This document shows, in pieces, positions 32,501 through 46,600 of a stretch of DNA of 64,000 nucleotides. Below the pieces are notes generated by a model. It did not search any database, had not been told where the DNA came from, and worked only from the letters and a program-made list of their open reading frames with translations. The stretch is from Iphione sp. A-MEVVRFRX5. Its lineage: Eukaryota. Both the position numbers and the translations under genes were made by a program. Location of the stretch: assembly GCA_976226885.1 (NCBI GenBank), contig OZ320316.1, forward strand, positions 95,294,001 through 95,358,000, written 5' to 3'. Each line of letters starts with the position of its first letter. The first letter of the stretch is position 1.

Positions 32501-34497
32501 TATATGCCTTGATTCAGTCAAATGTGCTTGATCTTTGGCTTATTTATGGTGTTCTCCCATGTTTTCATGACTGAAAAACACCTCATTCACTGGTTGATAC
32601 AGTGGTTACCAGATTATGAAAAGATGGTCTTGGAAACATGCTTCAGAGTGACATACGTACATGGAACGCCAAACGTATAGCTCAAAATATATCCTGTTTG
32701 ATTTTTGACTGCTTAAAAGATACTTGTATTTGGAAGAAAGCCTCGCATCAGGACAATCTTGTTCTTTCATTTGACAATTGTCTTCATTGGAGGCTTTCCT
32801 AAATACTAACGACAGACGTTTCTCTGCCTTCCTACTGTATTTAAGTAGGGGATTCAACATCATTGAAGACTAACCTTTCTTTCATAAAACGTTGAATTGA
32901 ACCATTCAAAAACTTCATCTCTGTTACTGTAGATCTGGTGGAATATTTTTATTGGAAGATGTCTCAGCCAAGGAATCATATCTAATAAGAAATATATTCC
33001 TGTTGGTTGAACAATTCTTTGTCTATCACTTGTCAATCTATCTAAATATTTGACCTTTTCTTTAGATGTCTTTTCTCCAAACACCTGAAAATATAAGAAA
33101 CATAAACTTTAAATCAATATTCTACAAGAAGAAACATTTCTAATAAGTATCATAGGCACACTATTTATGAGTCTCATCTTACGAGTGAAGTCATGATGCA
33201 TGTAACACAATGATGAATAATTGGTCTGATGTTGAAAGTTTCTTCATCCCGTGAAGCTTCATTGATTGCCTCCAACATATCACTGATTTGCCCTTGTGAC
33301 AATCTCTCCAGGCTGGCAAGGTTGTCCCCATACATCTGCAATGTATACATGGTTATTTGTTGTATTTATCGTGAAGCTCTTTGCTATACTTCTCTAGGCA
33401 TGAAAACTCAAAAAATTGTAAAATCATCAAAAACATTGTGGCTTATTTATTCAAAACTTCCTCACCTTTAACGTTTGCATTGTAAGTTTCTTCATAAATA
33501 ACCAGTGTCTAGAAAAGGTCGTGAAAGTCACATCATGGCCACCACCTATTAAGAAATCAATTCTAAAACTTGGCGGTCGTCCAGCAAAGTCATTTGCTTT
33601 CTTCACTAGTGCCTCATAGATAGTTTCATAGCTGTTGAGTACAACAAAGTCTTCTCCCCAGAGCTGCAAAAATATTTGTGTCTAGATATATATGTATGAA
33701 CATATAATTGTATTAGTACCTAAGCTTTGCCCCTTGAATTCAACTAGAATATATTACCTAGTGCTATTATCTAATTATTCAGTGAACTAATCAGGAAAGG
33801 CTATGCGGATGTATCCAGTTGATGGTTGATATTTAAGCCAACTCATTGTAATATATATTTTACTAATGGGAAATCCATAGTTTCATGCACAATATACAGC
33901 AAAATGTATTTCAAAGACGTACACAGAAGCGTTTTGCTGGATTCCTTACCATAAAAACTAACAACTACGTGAAATGATGCCGTCGTGAAACATAACGCTT
34001 TATATTATTTGTTGATATCCGAGAACTGAACTCGGAACAGGGCCAGTGTAGTTATTCCAGCATAAACTACAGCGTAAAATGATATCAAGCCTTATTGCAT
34101 CAAAGTGATATCATTTAAAATTGGTGATGTCACATTATTTTATCACAATTAAGACATATAAATTCACATTCTTGACTCTTAGCCATTTCGAAATTATGAA
34201 ATTAACTCCAATCTAATCTTCGGTGTTGATCTCATAAGAAAGGCAGATAAAATAGAAATCAATAACATTTACTTATTTTGTAAGTAAAGATGTTTACGTT
34301 ACCTTAATTAGGTACACATCACCAAATGTCTCGGCCCATTTGCTCATCGTTAAATGCGGTTTTCGTTGATTAATCTGCAGGACATTGCCAAATATTGGCC
34401 ATTGCTTAGGTCCTGGTAATGATCTATTCCTTTTGTTTGATAGGATTTTCATTATCAATGTAAGAATGATGACGATACATAAAGTGAAGATCAACAT
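29512..34497 (-). CDS. Cytochrome P450 paralog A (clan 2, CYP1/17/21-like), 8 exons, 498 aa
   Basis: Exons 34497-34303, 33663-33466, 33335-33183, 33084-32875, 32087-31949, 31177-30915, 30034-29907, 29722-29512; all introns GT-AG; total 1497 nt, open. N-terminal anchor, [28 protein letters not shown] and [15 protein letters not shown] motifs. Confidence 0.93.
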
Positions 34498-37400
34498 TAC
34501 TGTTGGTTATAATTGTCATTGGTCATGAGATCTGTAGAAAAGAAAAATACTATAAAATATCATCTATTAATAAACCATACCTCAAACAAAAGAATAGTAT
34601 ATCAGTCAATTTGAATATGAATTTATAGATAGAAATCAAGAAAACGTATAGCATTGAATACTTTGTATATTTTTCATTAAAATTTCAAGAGATATGTAGC
34701 AGTTATACTTACAATTATGAGAACTGTCTGGAGTCTAATCTTGTTTATGATTAGAGCCAGACAACTCGATATGTATAAGATATCTAATGTTCTATTGTTT
34801 GTAAGGTTTGACCTTCGAAAACTGATAAGTAGTGCATACCTCTGTCAGAGCAGGCAGTTGTTTGTAGGCTTGTTATGTTCTTTATTGATTCACATTCTAT
34901 GACAATGAAGGGAACTTTAAGTAACATATGTTATGACTATTTTATGCGTTAAAGTTTAAATAGATCTATTTTAGGCAGCACGGATGTGTCTTATTGATAC
35001 AAAATGTACCTTGTATAATGACTTTATTCCAGAATGTTGTCTTTTTATGTTAACGTGTTTTGGCAAACATACATTCTAATTTAAAAACTAAGAGGCACTT
35101 AACAATAATACCTGTTTGCCTCGCGCTTGCTTTCTGGTCAGACATATTTGCTTTATACGTCTTTGGACATAACCTCCCTTAGTTATAGGAAAATAGATAA
35201 GGTATTACGTCTTATCGTTGCAGTATCATTGTATATAACAAAGGGAAGAGGAAAGAACGAAATTAGAATTTGTGTCATTTACTTCGGCAATATCATGTTT
35301 ATTATTGGCTCTGTAAATACCACAGCATATTGAATATACTGTTCAATTGTTAACCATCTTATGAAATTTATTAAACATTGCCAAGCATTTCTAGGTATAA
35401 GAGAAAATAAGAGAAGATCATAGTAGAAGCTGGAAGATCAAGAGCGTCGTTTATTATAACCTTTTTCTTTTATAATAATTTTTAAAGATACCATTCATTG
35501 CTTTGATCCCGAATTTCAAAGTTATTATACAATGTCAAGAACCATAATATGGAAGAGAACCCAAGAGAGTATATAATGTAATGGATTGAAGGATTGTCTA
35601 TCAATCAAGAGGCAATTCTTCTTAACTGTTTGCTTTGTCCTCTATTTCCTTTTTGCATGGGCAAACTGAAATGACCAATTTTTTTAATGTGGTGAGCTCC
35701 TTGCTACTGTCTGTAAATATATATACATATATATATATATTTGTACATATCTGGAGTCTCAATCTGGATCACACAGATATTCCATCAGAATGTCAAGTTC
35801 TTGTCCTTTTTGCTGTCAGTTTCTGTGCTAAGTTGGAAATGTTATGCCTTAACTATCTTGGAAGAAGATAGAAACACAAGGTGAAATGCACCTTGTGTGT
35901 AAGGGAAGCTTACTACACATCCCTCTATAATATCCAAGAATCAATTATATCACTGAAAAACAGTGGAGTCTCTATTTCCGACCATAGGTTGGGTCTAAAC
36001 TCAAATGTTCAGAGTGGCGAGAATGGTCGGAAATCGATTGAGTTTTTTGTATAAACAAACTTTCAGTTCCCAGCTCAAATGGTCGTCATAGCCTGAACGC
36101 AGCATACATGAATGAAAAATCGTGCAGAAAGTATATGAAAGAATATGACAAACCGAAAGAAGAAAATGTTGGCAGCATTCACATGTTTTTTTTTTACAAT
36201 GATGATTGCAATTTCCACGAAAAGGCATTCCTTTGGTCCTAGCATCCCTATAGATTTATGTCTGAGACATTAAAAAATGAAGGTCATTATCCTGTAACAC
36301 AGGTTATGATTTAGATATGATATGAAAAGAAACATAAGGCACATGACTTGTGGTACTTCAGTATTTTGGAATTAAGTATGTTTTGTTGTATAGCGTACAT
36401 GTGAGGTTATTGCCTGATACACTATGTGGTCATAGGAGGAGGGTCTAGAATGTATGTACGGTTTCTAAGAAACATAGGCCAAAGGCTCAGAGACATATTT
36501 CATTTGTCCCAAATTGTATTTTATTACACCCTAAATATTACCAATGTGAAGAGCCACATTTCCAACCTTCGAAAGTTCAGTTTTAAAGAAATCTGTCTAG
36601 AAGAGTCATCGTGAACTTTGAGGATTGAAAATTGGTATCAGTTAACTGTTGAATAAAGCTGAAATGTTTCAGAAGAATATATAAGAAAAAGAACATGAAT
36701 AAAGAACACAAAATCTGATGCGTTATAAACTTGAGATAAATTTATATTATGGTACCTAGTCACATTCTATGCAGAAAAAAGCAAGAAGAGGTTAGATCCT
36801 GACTGAGCAAACATAAGATCAAGTTTGATAGCTAGACGAAGGTCGAGGTACAATTGACTTTCATCCTATTTGGAGGAGGTCACTTTGAGTGGATTGGGCA
36901 AAATGACAGGCTATAGACTAAAAATAGAGATTAATTCAACTATGGTATCTATCATGTTTAAGTTTGATGTTACCCCTTTGGCCGGATAGGCTGACCAGAG
37001 ACAGGGTCTGTGTCTCGGTCTCTATCGACTTTTGATGTCACAGAGTGAATACTGAGAAGTCTCAACTTTTGACTCGTATCTCTACTTGAACTCTTTCTTA
37101 CTTTATCACAAAATATGAGTGACAATGAAATGTGAATTCATCTTTGAAAGCGGCTGTTTGTCACTGAATACAGAAAAGCATTATCAAGGCTGCTTCTCCT
37201 TGAAACTTGACTCCAGATACCCTTGGATTCCTATTGGCCTACTCGATGAGTCGTTTACCACAGGACTAATAAATACGCGCCATTGTAAAGATACGCACAG
37301 TACAACATGCATTTACTCATGCACAGCATTGAATGTCAATTATTTGCAAATTCTCCTAAACAGTTCTTAGTTCGCCATAGGCTAATGAAGGTAAACATTT

Positions 37401-39305
37401 AAATCTGTAATATTATAACTATTAACAAAATACGATCGAATTTGACGTGCTGAACGTGAGCAAAACGTTTTGCAGAAAATACCTGGGAAGTATTTCATGA
37501 TAGTGTACTATTACAGAATGCTCCTGCTAGGCTAGTTATCGTATTGTTCAAAGCTGTTACATTTTACAAGCAATATCGGCGCTTGCATTTGGAAGTGCTT
37601 TTGTGCATATGTCTTTCTATCTCTCTTTTCTTTGACAAACAGTGATAAACACAGTTGAGGTGGAGAGGTTGAGGAAAATGTAAATAGGAATACTAGATCC
37701 TATTAGATTTATAACAACAATTTGCAGCTGGGAAACATTTTTGCCAAAGACCCTGTTAGTTACTCTCAGCTCTGTGAGCAACAATAAATTAGTAAAACAT
37801 ATGCTACCTCAAGTCCACATTTTCCTTGCAGCGTTATGGTAAGAAAGAAGAGAAAGAAATCATTGTCGTGTAGAAGAAAATATATCATGAATGACAACGA
37901 GTCTTGAACCCACAAAAATATATATTTTACTTGATAAATTTTCTTGGTTAGGATTCTCTCCTGCTAGACCTTTTATAGAAATATACAATGTCAGAGAAAA
38001 CTCTCAAATGGTATTAGTTGGTATTACTGGAAAGGAAGTTATGTCATTTTTAAATGAATGCAATTATGCCCAGGCGATATTTAGGATTGTTTAGTTAAAT
38101 TGATTAAGTAACATGTCCATATGTCAGAAAATAGAAGAACTATGGCATATCTGTTAAAATACATTGTTTAAAAAAACAAAGTGTCTTTCATTTTTATTTT
38201 CCTATCATTTGGTGATCTTGATGTCTGCCTTCTATAGTTCAAATTCAAGTCATACCATGTGAAATTATAGAATAATACCTTGAAGATTTGGGTATAAACT
38301 GAACCTACTTTTGGTTTTATTGTTTTGAAACTTTTTACATACCTGAGCCATCATCCATACTTGGCCTGAAATCGAGCGTTACAGTGTACTACCATGGACA
38401 ATGCCCGAGCATCCAACTACCTAAAGCTTCTGGTCTCTTTGGCTATTTTTGAACACGTAGCTTAACCAACAGCTAACAGCTTTACCACCATGTCAGAAAC
38501 ATGTACTATAGAAAGTAGATCATCCTTATATTAGTGGAAAGAGCAGACCATATAAATTTTGGGATCACTTGATGGGGCACCAGAACACTAGATTCGACTA
38601 ACAAATGTGTGTGAAAAATGGTATTGAGGCATGGTGATGTATATTGATATAGACTGAAACTCGTTGCAATACACTTCAATAAGGTTACAGCGCATCTATG
38701 TCCAACCGAAAAGCCTTCTTAGGCAGGTTAAGGGTAGGCCTTGCTTTATTAGATTACAAAAACTGCAAAATCACTTCAAGTCAGTGACAATGGTTATCTC
38801 GCAGGTATATCAATGCATCACATAGTATCGAACACTATTCCATATATAAAAGATTTGGACCTACTTTCAGTGGGAACACAAGAGGGATATACGATAGTTT
38901 GAACTGACTATGACAAGAAATAGAAATCTTGCCAGACTATCAATACGAAGACCATCATTTGCATAAATTATACCAGTCACCTGAACATTTTACAGTTGGC
39001 CAAAGATTCATTTTACAGAAATGTATTAATTTTATGTCAGGTCAAACTGTCACTGCTGCCAAGATTGGTAGGTTTACGAATTCATCATAAAATGATGATG
39101 AATTCAGCTCAACATTAGTTACACAAAGTATGCAGACAGTTCTAAAGTCACACTAAGTACTCACAATATGTACAAATTGATGTTGATGCTCTACTCTCAA
39201 GCAATCTGCACCTGATCTGATATTAAAAAAAAATTCCACACATTTCAGAATTATCAACCTCTTTATCATTTGATCAAGATATGATGATTTTTATATAAGC
39301 AGGTA

Positions 39306-39459
39306 CAGTTAAAACACTATTTGTGACCACATCGATTTGTGACCATTTGCTATTTGCGACTTGCTGAATGGGGAACCAAAATTTTGATTTATGCCTAATT
39401 TGCCAATGTGACCATTTAAGCTTCGGCCAGACGGTTGGTTGAAAATAGGGTTTGGACTG
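39306..39459. mobile_element. Tc1/pogo-type MITE with TA TSD
   Basis: TA|CAGTTAAAACACTATTTG ... AAAATAGGGTTTGGACTG|TA imperfect TIRs; internal ATTTG(T/C)GAC repeats. Confidence 0.5.
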
Positions 39460-40653
39460 TACTTTGACATTAGCAAACTGATACCTATATCAACAGCTTT
39501 GTTAATCATATTGGGATATTGTAGCACAGGCAAGTATTTTCTCTGCCAGGTATCCTAGGTGTCAGGACCCTGAAGGAACTGTTTGAATGTACACGCTAGG
39601 ATGCTATGAGATGTGCATAAGTGGGTTATGTGACTGCATCGTTAAGCTGCTCTGGTATCTGCTCTCTTAACTACCAGAGTGAAGGAGCAGCAAATCACAA
39701 ACTGGGATCTGCTATTCTTGGCTGAGTACAGCTAAAGATGGCTGAGTGTCTTATGCAACGTTTTTTTCTGTAAACAGACTGCAACCTACCCTGTATATTT
39801 TGATACAATAGTGTTTATTTCTGCATACAGGTACATTTTCGTTCAGAAGATGATGAAAAGAAAAAGAAAGAACTGACATGATAATGTGATTTTTCTGTAT
39901 ATGAGACATCAATTCTAACCTGTGACTACCCTCATATTCCTGAAACTTAAATTTATACTACCGGTGGCAAATACTCAATTGTTAAGTGATAAACAAAGTA
40001 AAGCTATAATCATAAGTACAGCTGCATATACTGCAGTTCTATATCAGTCCTATTCTAATAAAAAAATAAAAATGAAGGGTAAAATCCTCTTCTATTCATA
40101 TACAACCTCCTTACTCAAATCCAATCCTATAATCCTAAAATGCAGTGTCATTAATACCAATCAAATACAATATCCAATATCCCCAATCAGTCGACATACA
40201 TACAAACATCTGCAATCAATTTATCACTAACTGAATTCAACTCTATTATAATCGCCAATAACACTCTTCCAGCAATAAAGACTGTGCTTTTCTGAATAAA
40301 CAGACATTCTCCCAGTGCACCTTAAGAGAGTTACACCCAGCAGAGTTCTACATGTGGAGTGAGCAAGATAGTTTAGTGTAGACTTTGTTCATTTCTTCAA
40401 CCATCACTTTTTGAGACAGGTGCACATTACAATATTAACATGTTGGTCTTATTCTTTCTGCTATATAAAGGCTTTCACCAGCCATAAATTTACCGAAATC
40501 ACGGAATCATCTTCCTTTATTCAAAATGATCTGAAACATTTGCGTTGCCTTTCAGATATAAAAATCTAAATGACTTGCTAGTTTAGCAGTTAAACCTTTT
40601 AATTTGGTAGTTTGCAATAAAAACTTTCCATTCCCCCAAGCTGATGCATATTT

Positions 40654-43600
40654 TTACCTACGAACAGCTTTAATTTTATATTTTGGAATGTCAATATCAA
40701 CTGTGGCTGCATAATTTCTTGGGTCTGAATCAGGAAGCTCATCTTGTGATTCTGGCAGAAGTTGAAAGTTTTGAATGAGTGAGGTCAGCAGTAGGAAGAG
40801 ACGATTCCTGGCAAAGTTCTCACCTGGACACACTCGACGACTACCACCAAATGGAAGTAGCCTACAATGATAAAATATATATTTAAATTACCTTTCAGAA
40901 ACACATACTCTATTTATAATCTACTTGTATTTATCTTTAAAGTAAAATACAAGTTACCTTTTCCTGTTGATGTGATCTGGTGAAACTAGTTGTTTATTTC
41001 TGTCTAGAAACCTCTCAGGTTGAAATGACCATGGTTCATCCCAGTAGTCTTCACTGTGGTGCAGATTCCATAGATTCATAAGGACCTAAAAACATCAATA
41101 CATCAATAATATTGAATGACAAGTTTGCTCAGAAGCTTTGTTACTACTAATGAAGCAAAAAACATTAATTTGAAATCATTTTACTGATTGATATGTATAG
41201 TTATGATTCGGTAACTGGACAACTACCATTCCTACTGAAATCATCCCAATATTGGATAATCCAGTAATAGAACGAAGTGCACATGTGTCTCCTGTTTCGG
41301 AAATCTTGGACAATAGTAAACTATGGGTGAATTATCACAATGAAAATGAACATTTGGAAAATGAACAAAATGGACTTAAATTAGTTATAAATGGCTCAGA
41401 AGCATCTCCTAGTGGGGAAATCTTGCATGAAAGTAAAGTATGGGTGAATTATCAGAATGAAAATATTTATTTCTAAAATAATATAGTAAGAATGCTTGAC
41501 TTATAATATGATTTATTGCAGGCAAGATTGTAAACAAACTAGGCGATTGATCACGCCTGTGCAGCACTTTTGCATGATTTGTACTGTAGTCTAGGAGTAC
41601 AAGCTATATGACTATCATCATACTATGTTCGCTAAAGTAAATGATGTAAGCTTGGGGATATATCGTGCATAAGTAGGGGGGCAGAAGAAATCCAGAGGGG
41701 TCTGCAGTCTTATTCAATTGTCATCGCCTGATTACGTTGATGTTAATATGTGGTTTATTGGGAAGGGTAATGTGCGTTGGCCGACCGTCTGTCACTTGTG
41801 ATTTCAAATGCTGTTCGTTGATTATTACAGGAGTGCAATATCAAAGTAACCAGCTGGGTAGGTGCTAATCTATGGGGTACTACTATCCACGGATCGCCTT
41901 ATCAGATTGAATAAACGTTGTGAAAATACGGGGTATAGTAATAGTTCTTTACTGACCGCTAACCAGATAACCTGCATGTACTTATGTCTGCTACACTACA
42001 CTGTGTGGAAGTATAAGATCAACCACCTGATTGCACTATCTAACATACTAAACATGGGAATAAGAAATAGAGGGTGGGAGAGCCTGTGTGAATGTGTTTG
42101 ACTAACACCGTGGTTAGAAAATATTATGGTGAGGAGCCAGGATTTGATCATCGAAACAATACTAAATTAATAACATCTAAACTGCACAAAATGAAAGGAG
42201 TTAACCTTCTATTATATAATATAAGGAGCCTCAGGGGCAAAATTGATGCCTTCAGGGTGCAAATGGCCAGCAAATCGGCACACATTTGCATCCTAACCGA
42301 GACATGGCTTAACAGCACACATTCAGACGGAGAGGTGTCGGTGCCAGGTTTCAGGATATTCCGTGCTGATAGGGTGTGCCATCACAAGCAGAGAGGTGGA
42401 GGATTAGCAATCTACATCAGAGATGACATCAGAATCATCAAGGCGATCAACTTCAACATTGAAGACAGCGAGTGTGAGTGCATGGGGCTGTTGATTAAAT
42501 TTGGGATGAGGCGCCCACACTTAATCGTGGGTGTGTACAGACCGCCGCATGATCGCATGAGAGATTCGATCCGTGAACTTGAGAAGGTCTTATGTGAAGC
42601 AGTAAAGCATGGACGATGTGATGTCACCATAGCAGGAGACTTGAATTTTGACTACCTCGGTAATGAGAGAGCCGGCACAGGGATTACCCACCTCCTTGCG
42701 AGTTACGGTTTCAGCCAAGTGGTGCAGGAGAGCATGATGGTGGCCACTGATCACTGTCTGGACCAGGTCTGGATAAACTACCGAGGGAAGGTGGAGGCCG
42801 ATACACTAGGATGGACGTTAAGCGACCACTTGCCTGTGAAGATCTGTATCAAGAAAAGTAGTCCCAAGAAGAAAATGGTTCAAAAGGAGATAAGGCAATG
42901 GTGGAAAGTAGACATTGACGCACTGGACCAAGAACTACATCAAGAGGGAATCCACTGGAACAGGGACGCAGCTACAGCGTGGGATGAGTTTGCAGATCGG
43001 GCAAAATCTATCCTAAAAAAGACGTGTCCAAGAAAGACAATTAAAGTAAGTAGGGACACAGATGGCTTTCGACCAAGTGATGAAACGCTGGAGCTCATTG
43101 CGGACAAAGCCTACTACTTGAGAAAATGGAAGACTGAGAAATGCATTGATGCATTCAGGATTTTCAAATTCTTGAACAAGTCAGTTAGGCGCGCAATTAC
43201 AGCAGACAGGAAACGCTACTGGGAGTCAAAGCTACAGGAAGCAGGGAAAAATACGTCGAAACTGTGGGATGTTATGAATGAAGCACTTGGTAGAAAACAT
43301 GGCCAGATGGTACTACTGGAGGCCACCTCCATATGCACCTCCACAGAAGAGAAGGTGGCTGACCAATTCAATAGGAACAAACCAAGCTCACTGGATGTTG
43401 CATCAGGTCGCAGAGGTAACACCTTCGATGGACAGCTGCCAGGGCCCGCAGGGCTAAGACCCTTAGTCGCGAGGCTCAACACAGCTAAAGCACTGGGGGT
43501 GGAGGGAATTCCATCAAGAATCCTCAAACTGCTTCTGCTCAAGAATCTGGACTTCCTACACTGGATTTTTGAGAAAATTGTGGATTCTGGTAAATATCCG

Positions 43601-46600
43601 GACACCTGGAAATTGGCAAGGGTGACGCCTCTCCACAAGAGAGGGGACACAAACGTCCTGGGAAACTATAGACCCGTCTCGATTTTGCCTTTGCCAGGCA
43701 AAATCTTCGAGCGGTGGTTTGTCAGCAATATTACGCGTCACCTAGAGGAGCGGAGGTTCATCAGCGAGAAGCAACATGGGTTCAGGAAAGGACGCAGTAC
43801 AGAGACGGCAATAGTGTCCCTGGTAGGTAACATCTATGAAGCGACGAATGCCGGACTGTACTGCTGCCTCCTGGCATTCGACATGAGGAAGGCATTTGAT
43901 CTGGTGCCTTCCTCAGGTGTCGTTAAAAGATTTAAGTTAGCAGGAGCGAACACGAGAGTGTGCAGACTAGTGGAGAATTACTTCTACAACAGAAGACAAT
44001 TCGTCTACTGTCTTGAAGAGAAATCGAGCACAAGAACTATTGAACACTGAGTTCCGCAGGGCTCCGTGTTCGGTCCAACAGCCTTCTGCTTAGTGATCGA
44101 TGAACTCATGGACCATCTACCAGAGTTCTGTCATGCAGCACTTTATGCAGATGATCTGTTAATCATTGTGAAGGCCAAAGATCTGTTGCGCCTGCAGAGC
44201 GCCTGTCAACACACTGTCACATTGGTGGCCAACTGGTGCGCCACTACAGGTCTGCTTCTGTCTGAGGGCAAGTGCTGCTATATGCCAATTAGCAAAGCAG
44301 CGGGCACACCACTTGACATTAAGGCAAACGGGCTGGAGCTATCTATGGTAACGCATCTGCAGCTTCTCGGGTACCACCTGGATGCACGCTTGAGCATGCG
44401 GGAAGCCATGAAGGATGTGAAGAGGAAAATGTGGAATACATCGCTGAAAATTGCAAGGATCAAGAGGTAACTACCATGGAGAGTATGTACAAAGCTGTTC
44501 AAGGCCCTAGTCCTACCACATCTACAATATGAAGCCATACTGATGTACGGAGGTGCCAAAGCCATTATGCTCAACTTGCAAATCCATCTAATCCGTTGCA
44601 TTCGGCTCTGTCTGCAGACAAGAGCAAACATGACTGTCAAGACAATCTGCAGTCGGATGGGTATCAGCCGTGTTGAGGAAATGACGCACAAAAAAGCTAT
44701 GGAAGCAGTACATCGTCAAGTAAAACTGGGGCTCTGGAAGATGGACAAACACTCAAAAACAAGAGGTGGCAGCTCACTACGCATCAAGGTAGACAGGCCA
44801 AAGAGCAAAGTCTTCAAAAGAAGCCTGAGATACACGGCAGCAGTTCAATGGAACGAGTTGCCTGACATTCTCAAAAGGATGGATGTACTGAGGCTCTGAG
44901 AAATGATCAGCGGACAACCACAGATTGCAATTAAGCTGGCAAAATGGCTTATAGCAACGCTGTAACACCGTGCATGGGAAACTAGGCACACAGTGGGAAC
45001 TTATAACCGGCTACAAAACTGAATGGCTAATATATATGCACTAACTGTTTACATAAGAACGCTAATTGTTTAGCTAACTGTTTAGCCAGCTGCTACCTAA
45101 CACACCACTACCCTTGCGCACAACGGTGATGGCAAACAATTGGGGAGCCATATGGAAGTACAATATCGCCCACAAGATGGTCCTCGGAAGGGCTTTAGAA
45201 GGGTCAAGCTAGAGTATTGTACTGGGTGTTTACTAGAATATTAGTGGTCAGGTGCTAAGTAGGCTCCTGCCGATGGGTCCCCAGGAAAGCGCACAACCAA
45301 GAGTCACTATATTTGCCCCAATATTTGATCCAGTGCATTCAAAAAGAGTCATGAACATCAAGTGCAACAGTCTTCATTGTGGTAATGCCAAGTCTGCTCT
45401 TGTTCTATATGCCTACCAGTTACAACCAGTGCTCAGTTGAAATTGGAGATGTTTCATGTGATATACAGTAATTTCAAATTCAATAACATAGCTGTACATA
45501 CCGAATGAAGGATCATTGTTGTCGGTTTCAATTATTACACTACTCAATGTAACGTCAGACAATTAGCTGTGACAATCATGTAACTTTAAGAGGAAACACA
45601 CCACGTTTAATTGTCCAAGGAAACCTTTGTAACTCGATGAAGATTGGTCAATAAAGCATTGAATTGAATTGAAAATTAACAAAATGCACTCAAATCAGTT
45701 ATGAATGGTTCAGAAGTCATTATGTAAGTTCTATCTCCTCCTCTGGTCTGGGCCTCATGTAAGAGTCCTCAAAGGAAGTGCACTAACTCTACACCCTTAT
45801 TGTCCTCATAATCCCTCACTAGAAGATCCCCTGATCTAGTGAAATCTTCATGGTGACCTGAGGTTGTGGCATCTTTTGTGTGTCTGCACATTGTCAAGCA
45901 TATCTTCAGGGTCCTGCATCATCTCAGGATCTCTCACTAGAGACAGCAGTGCATTATAGGTGTGTTTCCCTATGATCACTGTGGTGTAGTCCACCTCTGT
46001 GTATATTTTGGCTGACATCAACACTTGAGAATCTCCAGATGGCAGTGACTGGAGAAGGGTCTGGAGCTCAGATAGAGGCATGTCCTCCTCTTCATTCTCC
46101 CCTTCCCTCACAGGTCTGGATGTCTAAGGTAGGATGTTCTGGATGGTGGTGGAGATGACTGCCTGCCAAGCCTCATCCTTCCAGAAACCTACAGTCATGA
46201 GCATGTCCTCCACACACCCCACAAACTGCCTGACCAGCCTATTCATATACAGGGCCTTGAAGGAGGCAATGATCCCAGCATCAAGAGGCTGGATGTAGTA
46301 TGTGGTGTTGGGAGGTAGGTTCTTCAGGGTGATGATCTGTGGCTGCCAGCATTGTTACACAGGAGGATGTGGTCTCTCCCTTGTGCGTTAGCCCTGGTGT
46401 CCATCCAGCCCTTCTGGTTATGCTTGTAATAGGAATACATTCCAGTGTCAAAAGTCTTTCCAAAGCATCTGGGTTTTGCTTCCCTTCCTATCAGGAAGGT
46501 CCTCAATTTATCACTTCATGTTACATTGCAACCAGTTGTGATATTTATCCTATCTTTGCCCTTTTTTCACCCCTTTACTGGCCTAGTGGAGAGGGTAGCT

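Noticed and set aside
35974-36034. 12-bp perfect inverted repeat ATTTCCGACCAT/ATGGTCGGAAAT
   Set aside because: Isolated; no TSD, second copy or RNA-gene features seen; probably a transposon remnant.
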